From contig CM060733.1 of the NCBI GenBank assembly GCA_030704615.1, forward strand, positions 25,420,001-25,484,000: 64,000 nucleotides of DNA, written 5' to 3'. Origin of the DNA: Takakia lepidozioides. Taxonomy: Eukaryota > Plantae > Bryophyta. Shown one piece after another: positions 12,859 through 25,229 of the stretch (position 1 is its first letter; the number at the start of each line of letters is the position of its first letter). Under the pieces are notes generated by a model that was given only the letters and a program-made list of their open reading frames with translations, was not told the origin of the DNA and ran no database searches. A program made the translations under genes and the position numbers.

Positions 12859-14344
12859 TAACCCTATTTTAAGTAATTCCGGACTTTTGGCTTAAATCTG
12901 GACCAAACTTAATATTTAATATAATTAAAATTAATTCAGGTATTAATAATAATATCGTGGAATATTGAGTCATTTAACTTGTGAAGTTGCACAATTCCAT
13001 TCATGTAACATCGAATGGTAAGTCGAACGACGTACTTTGTATCAAAAAATTATAAAGATAAAATCGATTGAATGAAGTTATTAATAAATTGATAGATGTA
13101 TAACATAAACAGATGATTCAAGAAGATAATTTACAAATGAAAAGTAAACATCCATACCATGCTTACAATATAGTAGTACCATGAACCAATGCATTGCAAA
13201 TTTTCAATTGATGGATTAAACCGTTGAATGGAATAAGGTTGGATTTCAATGAAACATGTGAATTATGTTTCAAAATATTTAGGGATCATTCACAAAGGTT
13301 CCGCATATGACAACCAAATATTGTGGAAGAGTGTCATGTAGATTCAGCTATAAAGTCATTGAACCAAGCTGGAATTAGGTTTTAGGTTATAGAGTTTGCT
13401 AGGGTACATTGAAACATAGTACTTGGTATGAATGGAAAAGAAAATATGGGAAAGTGTGCAAATGACTTGGCACCTATGAAAATTTGTTCATGAAATATCC
13501 CAACCACAGATTGTATCAAATTTCTATGAAGAATGTGAATCAAACAGTGGAGTTTGGTTTAGGGTTTAGGGTTTTAGAAAACTGTAAATGGACAAACAAT
13601 TATGGAGTTTGAGTCTTTACCCATACGTAGAACAATTCATGAAATATTATCCCCACCACTTCGACCGTACCCAGAATTGGAAGTAATAAATTAAATAAGG
13701 TTTTAGGGTATAGAGTTTGTGAGGGTATTAACCATAGTACTCGGTATGAATGGAAAAGAAAATATGGGGAAGGGTATAGATGACTTGTCACCTAGGATTT
13801 AGGGTTTAGGAAATAAAATTTCCCAACCACAGATTGTATCTAATCTATGAAGAATTCGCATCAAACAACGGAGTTACGTTTAAGGGCTTAGGGTTTAGGG
13901 TTTAAAGAACTATAAATGGACAAACAATTATGGAATGTGAGTCTTTACATCGAGGTCGTACAACAATTCAGGAAATATCCCTCCACTTCGACCGCACCCA
14001 AATCTGGAAGCAATAAATTAAATAGGCATCATACATTGGAATTAGGTTTTGAGGTACAGAGTTGAGTAGTGTAGTAAACATACTACTCGAATGGACCAAA
14101 TTTTTTGGGAAAGTGTACAAGTGACTTGTCACCTAAGAAATTAGACTTGAATGAAATAGCCCAAGGGCCATTCTATTATGCCTAACCTTGTAACCCTTGA
14201 AGAATGCGCATCAAACATTCGAATTAGGTTTAGGGTATATGGTTTAAAGTGAGAACAATGGAAGGACTTAAGGCCCCATAAGTATTGTCTTTAGAAGGTC
14301 CTAATAAGATAAATAGACCCGAAATAAATTGACCTAAGATGACA
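12857..14344. repeat. AT-rich insertion with three ~330-bp degenerate tandem units carrying telomere-like TTTAGGG motifs
   Basis: Units start near 13371, 13697 and 14038. TTTAGGGTTTAGG runs occur at ~13558, 13798 and 13890. Segment starts TGTAAC and may end ATGACA. Confidence 0.65.
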
Positions 14345-14526
14345 CGGAATAACGGGTGGCAAAGCGAGGTTCAGGACTGATTAGTGACGAAGAAAATTGA
14401 GAAGAAGCTTAAGATAATTCGAAAATATAATGAAGGAAATGTAACTCTGTACTTGGAGCCAGACAAAGCTACCTATTGGTAATGGGAGAAGATTCACAAG
14501 ATTCACAAGCAGTATACCGCAAGAAA

Positions 14527-14634
14527 GCCTTTGAAACAACAACTTTCACAAATTGCCACGTGGTTTATACTCATGATATTGCCTTTGAAACAACAACTTT
14601 CACAAATTGCCACGTGGTTTATACTCATGATATT
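14527..14634. repeat. Perfect 54-bp tandem duplication
   Basis: GCCTTTGAAACAACAACTTTCACAAATTGCCACGTGGTTTATACTCATGATATT x2. Confidence 0.95.
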
Positions 14635-14837
14635 TAACGTGCTCGCTGCAACGTCACACACATACTGAGGAGAGGGAATCCGCCTCAAGCTGCCGACATT
14701 AAGAGTGGCGGATACTTATAGGAGGAAAACGGACTTGTAACCAAATTTCTAGATCCTCAAACCCAACTTGTGCAAAATCGATCATAGATTCTTCAAGCGC
14801 TAAAAAGACAGGTAGTACATAGACAGGTAGTACATAC

Positions 14838-17800
14838 AGCGATGCCATTTTCTCTGCCTTGTCACCAGTAATTTGCAATCGGACCAAATTATAGTAGGCT
14901 CCACCAAGGCCGCCACGATCCATGAGATCAGTGTGACTTCCCCTCTCCACAATTTTCCCATTTCTTACAACTGCGATGGCATCGGCATTGCGAACAGTAG
15001 AGGGGCGATGGGCTACAATGACAGTGGTACGCCCTGCATCGGAGTCCATTGTGATTAGCAAACACACCTAGTGCATGTACAGAATCGTGTAGATGCAGTC
15101 TACGTACAAAAAGCAACTGGTCGAATTTGGGCATCATGAAGTCACGCTCAACTGGAGTGTACATACTGCATTTAAGAGGTCTAGCAACTTGGTCCGGAGA
15201 ATTTCAACCAAGCTTCGGTACTGTAAATGTTGATTAGGCAAGTGACTTGCTGCAAGCTGCAATCATACCGATCATGAGGTCGTCGAGGGCGGTTTGCACT
15301 ATTTGTTCAGACTCATCGTCTAATGCACTCGTGGCTTCATCCAGCAGAAGGATGGCCGGGTTCTTGAGCACTGCTCTGGCAATGGCTAGCCTCTGCTTCT
15401 GCCCTCCGGACATCTGTGTCCCTCTCTCACCCACCTGCAGGCATCATGGTGGTCTGTCAAATTATACCAACCAACTACCTGGAGTTGACTTGGAGAGAAG
15501 ACGGATGATGAAATTGTCCGAGTTCACACATTCAACTAGCTGGCGCTGGTGAGCCCGTTGGCCACCACCAGCACTAGAACAACTTGTTTGCACCAGTTCA
15601 TCCGTCTTATTGCTTGTGACGACTATCAGAGAGATCAATCCATGATATCTTGCTGAACTATTGCCATGAATACCTGGGTTGAATCGTATTTCTCAGGTAG
15701 CTGGCTGATAAAGGAATGGGCATTGGCAGCTTTTGCAGATGCTTCAACTTCTTCCATGCTTGCATCACTTCGCCCAAACATGATGTTCTCTTTGATGCTG
15801 GTGGCAAACAGTGCAGGCTCTTGCCCCACCAATCCGATATGGCTTCGCAGCCACTTTAGATCCAGGTTCCGTATGTTGTGGCCGTCGAGCATTACCTCCC
15901 CTAGAATCATACAGTCCAAGAGAAATTCAGAGAACTTTATGCTTAGTTGAGGTCAATCTTTCGATCGTCAATCTACCATTGTTGGTACTTGAGCTGTATA
16001 TGTACGTGCCTGGTGTGATCTCAGTAAATAGACTTGCACATGAACTGAAATCGTAAACGTATCGAAATCCCAATCAGTCCAAGTTACTTAATACGAGTTC
16101 CCTAGATTATATTGAGGTACAAGTCATCCTTCACTTACATTGCAAAACTTTATCTCAAGTCCCCAAAGGTGACACAAAGAAAATACACTTTCAAGATATA
16201 TCATCCATGTACCTTTGAAGGGGTCATAGAAACTCTATGAGGGAGATAACTGTGCTCTTCCCCGAGCCACTGCCACCGACCAGTGCGATAGTCTTGCCTG
16301 CAGGAATTACCAAAGACAATCCCTTGAAAATGGGTGCCTCGGGGCGAGATGGGTATGCAAAGTGAACTTCTCGAAATTCAAAATTTCCTTCCACGCTCTT
16401 CGGCACCAGTAGCTTCTCATTGGTCGCTGATGTACTGATCGTTGGTTCCCGCTCAATCATTTCAAAGATTTTGTAGGCAGCTATTTTTCCTTTACCAAAT
16501 GCAATGAAGTGGAGTGCTACGACGGTCATAATACTGTGCACATGTGCAAAGTTCAAATTTATAGTTATTCAGTAATATACTTCTGGGTCGATGAGATCAA
16601 ACTCGTCAAATTGAATTCAAAATTTTAAGTTAATCTGGAGAAAACATGAGTTTACAGCATCATCTCTCTAGCTGATTCTGAACGAGACTTCTGGAAGTAT
16701 GTACACAGACTCGGGTTTGGGCAATCGTTGGTAAGTTGGACAGATGACCTCGGTGTCTTCCTAGTATCCTATCCAAAGGTGGTCACATGAAAGTAGTCTC
16801 AATTGCTGTAAGACATTCCAAGGTTACAATTTACTCGAGATCTTAAAGATATCTAGCAATCGTGCTTGTACTTCTCTGGTGCGTGTAAACCTCTTTGAAC
16901 AAGCATATTCGACTTGAGCGCAACGACAGTACATTCGCAGGATGAACTCAAAAGAAGTCTATCCAGCGAAGTACTCTCCTCTCTATAATGGCTGTAAGCT
17001 TATGAATTTTCATCATGTAGCAACTAGAGTGAACCTTGGTGCATTGAAGAGGTTGTACTTACAAGCCCCCGTAAAGGATAGAGAGCAAGCAAATAATAGC
17101 ATGACACCTCCAGAGCTCTTTCCTGAGTGCACCTGAATCCCACCATACCATATTCCCAACCCCCAGGAGCAGTTGAACACAGCAGTCGACAAGCCTAAAC
17201 CCAGCCCCTTTGCCAGGCTGCTCTGGGTACCTGCGCGTACAGCACCCTCAAGAGCCTTCGAAAAATCGAGGGCTGCCTTTTTCTCCCGGGCAACGTAAGA
17301 GTAGACTGTGCGTATTTGAGATACAGTCTGCATACATCCACGCGGAATCCTGAGGTCATTTAGTTCAAGCCTTGAGATAGTAACTGCACGACAAGTCGAG
17401 GACAAATCTACAGAAAAGAAGCATTGTATCAAGTGTACGTCAAGATTGATTTCTTCTTGACGGAGCTTGTCGACCTCGACGTACTTTCAACGTCTGTATA
17501 TATCGACGCTCCATGAGCACTTAGAGAACGGTCCTGAAGCTTGACATTCCAGGAGTACATGTATGTATCTACCTGCTCGGCAACAACAGCGGCGTCCGTA
17601 TATGCAGCCTGGCTCTTGGCGGTAAAGCCCACCATTTGTTGGTTGTAGGTGCCCTTCACGAAGAAAATTAGAGGGATTGTAACGAACAGGAGCAGGAGCC
17701 CCAGCTGCCAGCAAAAATACACCCCTACCAATGCTGACGCAATGAAACAGCTGGAATTGCTGACACAATGACCCACCTGTGTTATAGTGCAACATGTCCG

Positions 17801-19284
17801 GAGTAATTGGTTAGATCATTTACAGTGAACTAGCTGCAAGACGAACAGTAACGTTCGACCAGTTTTAAAACCCTCAACATGCTCACGATCTATACTTCTA
17901 GAGCAGCAATTCATTAACTAACTAGTTAGTGGTACAAAAATCCTTTTAACAGCACTTGTCCATGCCCCACAAGCTCTCTTGTCTAGTCCATAGCGTACTT
18001 CGGTTGATACTATGTCCCCGCATAAAGTAGTACATACATGTCCAATTTTCTAGGTTCAATTGATGGCAGCTCGCAACCCGCGAACAACTGAGGGCGTGCT
18101 TGCTCTTAGCTTGGACTAGCATCCTGAATGTTGATCCATCTGAGTACTATGAAAGTACTTACTATGAGTTCCAGCTATATCATTCTCTGGCTCAGAATTC
18201 ATACCTTGTCACCAATGGCATCCTGTACGAGGTTCATTTCGTTGTTGATGATTCCCAGTATCTCTAATCTATTTGCATCCGTGTCGAAGTAGGCCACGTC
18301 CTGACTCAGAACTGATTTCAAGAAACGCTTCCGAAGCACTGATGTTTGCCTCTCTGCTGCATACACCCAGCACAGTACCTCTGCGCCCAGACAATGTATG
18401 AGGCAGAACGTAAGTACACGTGCAAGGACATGTATCACATGCCTGGCAGCGCGATGTTTCTACTCCTGGTTATGCTTCTTGCAATTCATCCAAACTCCCA
18501 TGTCCTATAGCTTACGTACAAGCTTAACTTCTTGATTTCTCTTGAAATGCTTGAGATTATGACCAGTACTCCCGAATTCTTCACAAGGATCACAAAGGAA
18601 GTTTTGCTCTTACTAGCCCAAGAGCCAACAAAGAGGATTGGTGTTACGATGAAGAAAAGTAGACCGACCTGCACCACATGTCATAAATGCAATGTTCAGA
18701 GGAACACCTCTCCATTCAAGCTTGAAATTTCCTGGGTCAAAAAATGTTGTAAGTTCAACTTGTTCAGAACTTAACTTCCATATGTAGTGATGGCAGGCCA
18801 CCACTTCAGGATCTAGGTGCAATCGTATTCCGGTGTACGCATAAACTTGTTTCAAGACAGTTTGACATTCCAAATTCAAACACTAGAACTGGAGTTAGAC
18901 AACCTTGAGTAGAGGTTTGGTTCCTTTGGCCGGGTCACTTCCTGCTGAAAAAGTGTTTCCCAGGAGGATGAAGGCCACGGGTATAGTTGCTCCAAACACC
19001 AAAGCTCCAAGGCTCCCACAAATCATTAAGAATATATCAAAGCCATCCGCCATGGACAAAAGCTTGGAGTATGGAACCACGTGTGCAGGTGACCGTGCAG
19101 CTGCTTCCGGACTTGGTTTGGCAGCATGCAGATACACGCCATTCACCTTCATGGGCGAGCTATCCTGCATGATTTGGGTGCCGTTCGACTCCGGCAGCGA
19201 AGTAAAGTCATGCGAACTCTCATCGTTCCTTGACGGCGGGTCAGTCACGTTTTCTACATCCTGACAGCTCTTAACGGTCGCCAT
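14838..19284 (-). pseudogene. ABCB: ABCB (MDR/P-glycoprotein) copy 1: exons 1-9 only (TMD1+NBD1), frameshifted, 3' half deleted
   Basis: Walker [10 protein letters not shown], signature MSGGQKQR and Walker [12 protein letters not shown] are present. Versus copy 2 there is a +2 insertion at ~17105, a -2 deletion at ~16233 and AHRLST>AHRPST. Homology ends at ~14640. Confidence 0.9.
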
Positions 19285-19683
19285 GATCACAGCTTCTCAA
19301 GATAGCTGAATTATACGTGTACATCTATCTGCAGCAGTCCCCGAGTTCATAAACTGACACTGTCCAACACATGAGCCCAAGCAGCAGCCTGCACTAGCCA
19401 AGTCTGGGATGATCTTTCCAACCCACTTCTTCAAATCCTTAGACCCGCTTGCTGATCAGTTGGGTGATGCAGGCCGAGGAGAGACAAGTAGCTATGGCTG
19501 TCCCTTTGAACAGCAGATTGGCGGGCAGGCATGCTCAAAATACTAATTCTAAAAATGACCACAGCTTCCGAGTCGGGCAGCCTGTGAAAGTTGTTTCACT
19601 AGCAAGAATAGAAACACCGTCTGAACAATCTTCCCCTCCTAAATAAATAACGGTCCCAAAGCTTGGAAAGGGTTTTCTTTATG

Positions 19684-19866
19684 CCCGCCTACACCCGGTA
19701 GCTGTAGCGTCGAGGGATTTCCTGGTGTCTGGCTACACCCAGGAGCGCTACACCGGTAGTGTTGAGGGATTCCATGGTGTCCTACGCCCGGTAGCCGGTC
19801 AAGCCTCCTCGTCTACCGGGACATAACCGCGGTTTCTGGATGTATTGTACTAGAGAACGGCGGCGC
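19684..19866 (+). repeat. Degenerate copy (about 3 units) of the 44/45-bp repeat at 28702-28900 plus its shared right flank
   Basis: GCTACACC...GAGGGATTYC..GGTGT units followed by CGGTCAAGCCTCC.CGTCTACCGG, as at ~28898. Confidence 0.85.
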
Positions 19867-20522
19867 ACAGGGCCCTACCCGGCCCGTTCACTGGCGTTAA
19901 CAGGAGTGGCGTATTCCATTACGTGGCGCAATATGATTGAGGTTCAATTATCCCATATCGATTGCCCAGATTCAGAGCCCCCGAGATGATATAAGCGCTG
20001 CCATGGCTGAAGATACTCGACTTGCGCCACGGGGGGAAATTAGTCGACCTCTGTGCGTAATCAGCCATTCCTGCAGAATCTGCCCTGGGTGGCCGACTCG
20101 GCCTGAGAATTACGCTCTACAGACAACCAGCATGGTGCCCAGTGGTAATGAGTACATGCCACGTTGGATGTGGTTGTGGGTTCAAACCACGGTCTGGTGT
20201 GTCGTGAAGATGTGCACCTACCTAGCTGCACATCTACCTAGCTGAAGGCAGTAGCCCTTCCGGGTGAAGGGACTCCATAAGTTACGCTTCCCTGGGGAAG
20301 TGTCATACTTTACTTTAGGCTCAAAAAGTGGCAGACTACGCCACTACGCCACACCTGCTTATAACATGTAGGGTAAGCCTAGAAGTGGAGGGGATTACCG
20401 AGATGAGCCCCACCACGAGGCGGTAGCTGAGGGGGGGGGGGGGGGCCGTGAAGAACGCGCAGGGAACGTTGCAATGCACGCGCCAGGCTGGCCAGTGAGT
20501 TACGAAGGGTGTTAAATAGAAT

Positions 20523-23500
20523 CACTACTGCAAAAAGGGGGGGTTTACGACGCCCACAGCCTGAAACTCGCGACACCGTGCGACCCCACTTATTAGCGAC
20601 GCCAAGAGGGTCGCTATTCAGGGGTCGGTATTATACCGACCCATGAGGGGTCGCTACAATGAAATCCCAGCAAAATGGGGATCTCAAAATGACTAAGTCA
20701 TTGGGACCGACCCCCTTGGCGTCGCTAATACCGCGGGGTTGATTTCCCATCGGTTTCTTCATGCGACGCCCCTGCCGACGGTCCCAATCCGAGCCCTCTG
20801 GGATCGGATTAGGGTGTTCCCCCCCAAACGACCTCTGGGCCAACAAAATACATTCTTAACATTGTCTACCGTCGTCTTGGCGTCGCTTTAACAGGGAAAT
20901 TTGATTATTAAAGTTCTGATTTTGATTTTTAATTATTTAATTTCAATTTAAAGTCTGATTTTTGAGCAGGAAACCCGTAACCGACCCCTGAATGGACGGT
21001 ATCCTACCGACTTATCTACTGTCGCTATTAACAAATAACTAAACAGCTGACTACGACCCCCAAGCAGTTGTTACGCGCACCCCAATATATATTTGGGAGC
21101 TCGAACCGACACCTAGGGAGTCGCCGATAGCACCCCACACAAACATGAGAAAAAAAAAAAAAAACACAGCAACAGTCTCCCTAGGGGGCGTTGTTAAGCA
21201 ACGTCAGGTTATTATTAGGAAGTTAAAGCGACCCCCAAGAAGGCGCTGATAGCACCCCCCAAAATATGCACAAAAAAGTCTGACAGCGACGGCCTAGGGG
21301 TCGCTGTCAACAGCGTCGGGTTATTGTTTAGGGACTTGAAGCGACCTTAGGGAAGGCGCTGATAGTAGTAGCGACCCCTAGGGAGTCACTAATAGAACCA
21401 TTTTTTATTGAATCGAATTTTAATGAATTTTAAATAAATATTATGATTTAGAATATCTAGGATTGCGGATTTGAGGGGCATAATGATTTTATTTTTTGCT
21501 CTATTTTGTTCTTTGAATTCAGACTTAGGACTACTACATCCATGCAAAAGATTGGACCAAAAAAAATGAAAAAAAAATAAAAAAATCTTGGGTCATTATT
21601 GCATAACTCTCTATGAAGAATGCATGAAATTGAACAGAACTTAATCTTGGAGTACAAATGCGGGAAGAAAATATAGTTTTGGGTCCACATGATTTTTTTT
21701 TGTTGCGAAATTTTGCACGCATATTGCACACGCTGTCATTTAGCATATGGCTGGAGAATAAAAAAAAATCATGTGCAGGCGAAACACAGTTTTCCGTCTG
21801 TACGACACGTAGTTGCGTTCATCACTTGCTTCCCACCAACCTTGAATGCAATGATGGGTACCTTAAATGATCTGAATGGAAAACCCTACCTTGAGCTTTA
21901 TGCCTGATTTGTGGAGGGCTATCTCTGCCCCCCACCCCCCCCCCACAACAACAATCCCTAAAAATAGCAATAGCATCTTCATGCCATCTGCGTTGGGTTG
22001 CCATAGCACTGAAAGTGAAATGCAATTGTGTATATAGAGAAGCAGTTTCCCAACGCTGCAAACCGTGCACTAGAATTGAAGTTTGCCTGCATGTGATCCC
22101 TATCAAACCCCAAACATGTCTAATCATAGTGACAGATTAAAATGATACAATATTGGTTTATGGACGACTTCTGATGGACAATAGGTATCGGCTCTTGCTA
22201 CCACAAATATAGGAATAAACTGTTTTATACACATACAATGGGTATCTGAAAATTTGGATGGCCTGACATGTACCTCAATCTCGTTCTCTGAAATGGGTGT
22301 AGGAATCTTGCGAGTTGTTCACACCAAATTCCACCTTCTGCACCACTTCATGACCCAGCAGTAAGAGCACGTACATTGTAGACACTGTCATTAAGCATAT
22401 GGCTTAAGAATGGAATTTAAAAAAATCATGTACAGTCGACCGGATCCGACACCCTACACGTCGTTGCCAAACACCGTCGGGTTATCTTGAAACCCAAATA
22501 CAACTGGCAGTGACCGCCCGGGCGTCGATGGCACTACCCCAGGAAACATGGCGAAAGAAAAAAAACATAAGACCCCCTCGTGGTTGCTGTTAAACATCCC
22601 CAGTAAAATATTTGGGAACTACAACCGATGCCCAGGGAGTCGCTAGTAGCACCCCACACAAATATGAAAAAAAAAAAAACAACAACAAGCGACTTCCAAG
22701 GGGACGCTGTTAATCAGCGTTGGGTTAGCATAGGGACATGTACCGACCCCCAGGGAGGCGCTGATAGCACTCCAAAAATATTTTACAAAAAAACTCACAC
22801 CGACTGTTCATTGTTTGCTTTTGCATTCTTTGTTCTTATTTCTTTGCAGCTCACATCAGACTGGTTCCCTACTGAGGCAGCGACCCCTAGGGGTTGCAGG
22901 TAGCTGGCGTCGGGTTATTTAATTGTATGGACTTGTAGCGACCCCCCTGAAGGCGCTGATCGCATCCCAAAAATGTTTTGCAAAAATACTCATAGCGACC
23001 CCCCATGGGTCGTTGTTAAGCAGCGTCAAGTTACTGTTAGGAAGTTGAAGCGACTCCTAGGAAGGCGCTGATAGCACCCCCCAAAATATGGACAAAAAAA
23101 TCTGACAGCGACGGCCTAGGGTTCGCTGTTAACAGCGTCGGGTTATTGTTTAGGGACTTGAAGCGACCTCAGGGAAGGCACTGATAGTAGTAGCGACCCC
23201 CAGGGAGTCATTAATAGAACCATTTCTGATTAAATAGAATTTTAATGAATTTTAAATAAGTATTATGATTCAGAATATCTAGGATTGCGGATTTGAGGGG
23301 CGTAATGATTTTATTTTTTGCTCTATTTTGTTCTTTGAATCCAGACTTTGGACTACTACATCCATGCAAAAGATTGGACCAAAAAAAAATTTAAAAAAAA
23401 AAGAGTGTTTTCTTGGGTCACTATTGTAGAACGCTATATGAAGAGTGCATGAAGTTGAAGAGAACTTAATCTTGGGTGGCAATGAGGAGAGAAAGTATGG

Positions 23501-23660
23501 TTTTGGGTCCACATGATTTTTTTTTGCTGTGAAATTTTTCACGCACATTGCACACGCTGTCATTAAGCATATGGCTGGAGAATGGAACAAAAAAAAATCA
23601 TGTGCAAACGAAACACAGTTTTCCGTCTGTACGACACGTAGTATCGTTCATCACTTGAAT
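20523..23660 (+). mobile_element. CACTA (En/Spm)-type element end with subterminal repeats; internal ~650-bp direct repeat (21180-21825 vs 23000-23655)
   Basis: Terminus CACTACTGCAAAAAGGGG at 20523, followed by many direct and inverted AGCGACCCC/GGGGTCGCT(A) motifs. Opposite terminus and TSD not identified. Confidence 0.7.
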
Positions 23661-24226
23661 GACCCATTGAATGAACTTGGTTTAAGCTCATCTTTGGTCC
23701 ACATGTGCTTAGGTATGTTCAGATCACCAATGCAAAGTCGCAAAAGATGAGTATCAAGAAAAAATATTCACATCAATCGGTTAATCAAATGTATCCAAAG
23801 TGCATCATGAGAATATCTACAATGCCCTTCTATAATGCGATCTCCCGGTCTCAAAGCAACCCTAGTTCTGTCACACACATCCTACTCATGCTGTATCTGG
23901 AGGTCCCAAGCATCTCGCGAGAACTCGTAGGATGCAAATAGCTCGGTACCATCCCTAAAAGTCGTTCTAACACATGTCATCACAAACATGTGCATCTCGT
24001 CACAGTATGGGGATAAATAGAGGCCGGTGAAATTGAAGTGCAAGTACTTCAAAAGCATATTGACTAACCAAAAAGATGTCTATCATTATGACATACAACA
24101 ATTTGCAACTGTTCTTGTCATATTGGCAAATTGTTTTACGTCATGGTGGGAGATATCCTCTTGGTTGGTCAATTTGGTTCCAAAGTAGTTGCCCTATTCG
24201 CCTTGTAACAATGTGCCGTGTGGGTA

Positions 24227-24510
24227 CTACATCATGTCATCGGAGGGACCATCATTTTCCTCATCAAGCTCCAACTCCTGTCTATTGTCCTCATCGAAGT
24301 CACTATATTGACCCCTCTCAAGAGAGTCGTGATCAAAAGCCGAATCATCATCCATATATGAATATGGCTCTTGCACGACCGGAGGGTCAATAGAAGGCGG
24401 CACAATAGGATCTTCCTCTTCTTGTACATCGTCATCGTCATCGTCATCCTCGTCATTATCCTCATCGTCATCCTCCTCTTCGTCCTCCTCTTCCTCCGGC
24501 GCAATATTCG
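24227..24510 (-). other. Acidic D/E low-complexity coding-like fragment joined to the 3' end of the PPR fragment
   Basis: ORF 24227-24580 reads EEEEDEEEDDDEDNDEDDDDDDD, encoded by GAN triplets. Confidence 0.5.
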
Positions 24511-24559
24511 CATCAGCCACTTGATCTCTTCCTCTTGCATGAGTGCATAAGGAAGAAAA

Positions 24560-25200
24560 CCTGCAAGCATCGCGTTCCATGACACCACATCTCGTTCAGC
24601 CATATTGTTGAACACTCACTTGGCATCCTCAATGCACCTACATTTGGCATACATGTCCACCAGGGCAGGGTTCAGAATGACATCTGGTACAAATCCAGCT
24701 TTGACAATGTCACCATGGACCTCTTTCCCCTTTTCCAGAGCTCCCAGCCTTGCACACGCATTGCAAACAGTACAAACAAACGTGATGTGGTTGGGCTTCA
24801 CCCTTCGCGCAACAGTTGCTCATAGATCTCCAAAGCATTCCTACCACACCCATCCTTGGTAAATCCTGCCAACATTATATTCCACGTGATCAATGATCGT
24901 TGAGGCACTCTGTGGAAAACTTGATGAGCATCCACGATGCTCCCATACTTAACATACATGTTGACTTGAGGGTGTTGAGTAGAAAAACATTTGGCATGAA
25001 TCCACTTTGGATAATGTGAGTGTGCACCTGATTCCAACTTCTAGACCTATCTTGATGCACTTAAGCAAGAGACAGACATACGTATTTGAGTCTACTGAAT
25101 GCCTCGTTGGTTTAAAGTCTGTAGAGCCTCTGACAGTCTGCCTGCCTCGCAAAGCATCTTTACATGTCCAGCAGAAGAGGCATTGTGGACTCCCTCTCTT
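24560..25200 (-). pseudogene. PLS-class PPR gene fragment (N-terminal motifs, 3' truncated)
   Basis: QVHTHIIQSGFMPNVF, NMYVKYGSIVDAHQVF..RSLITWNIMLAG, KPNHITFVC..CNACARLGALEKGKEVH..LVDMYAKC. Multiple frameshifts. Confidence 0.85.
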
Positions 25201-25229
25201 GATCATCTTTCAGAAGCTGTGGTCATGGT

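Noticed and set aside
14699-19284. ABCB copy 1 as a functional half-size transporter, with the +2 and -2 frameshifts compensating
   Set aside because: After the +2 insertion at ~17105, splicing into exon 6 gives TTA TTA TGA immediately, well before the -2 deletion; the H-loop also has L>P.
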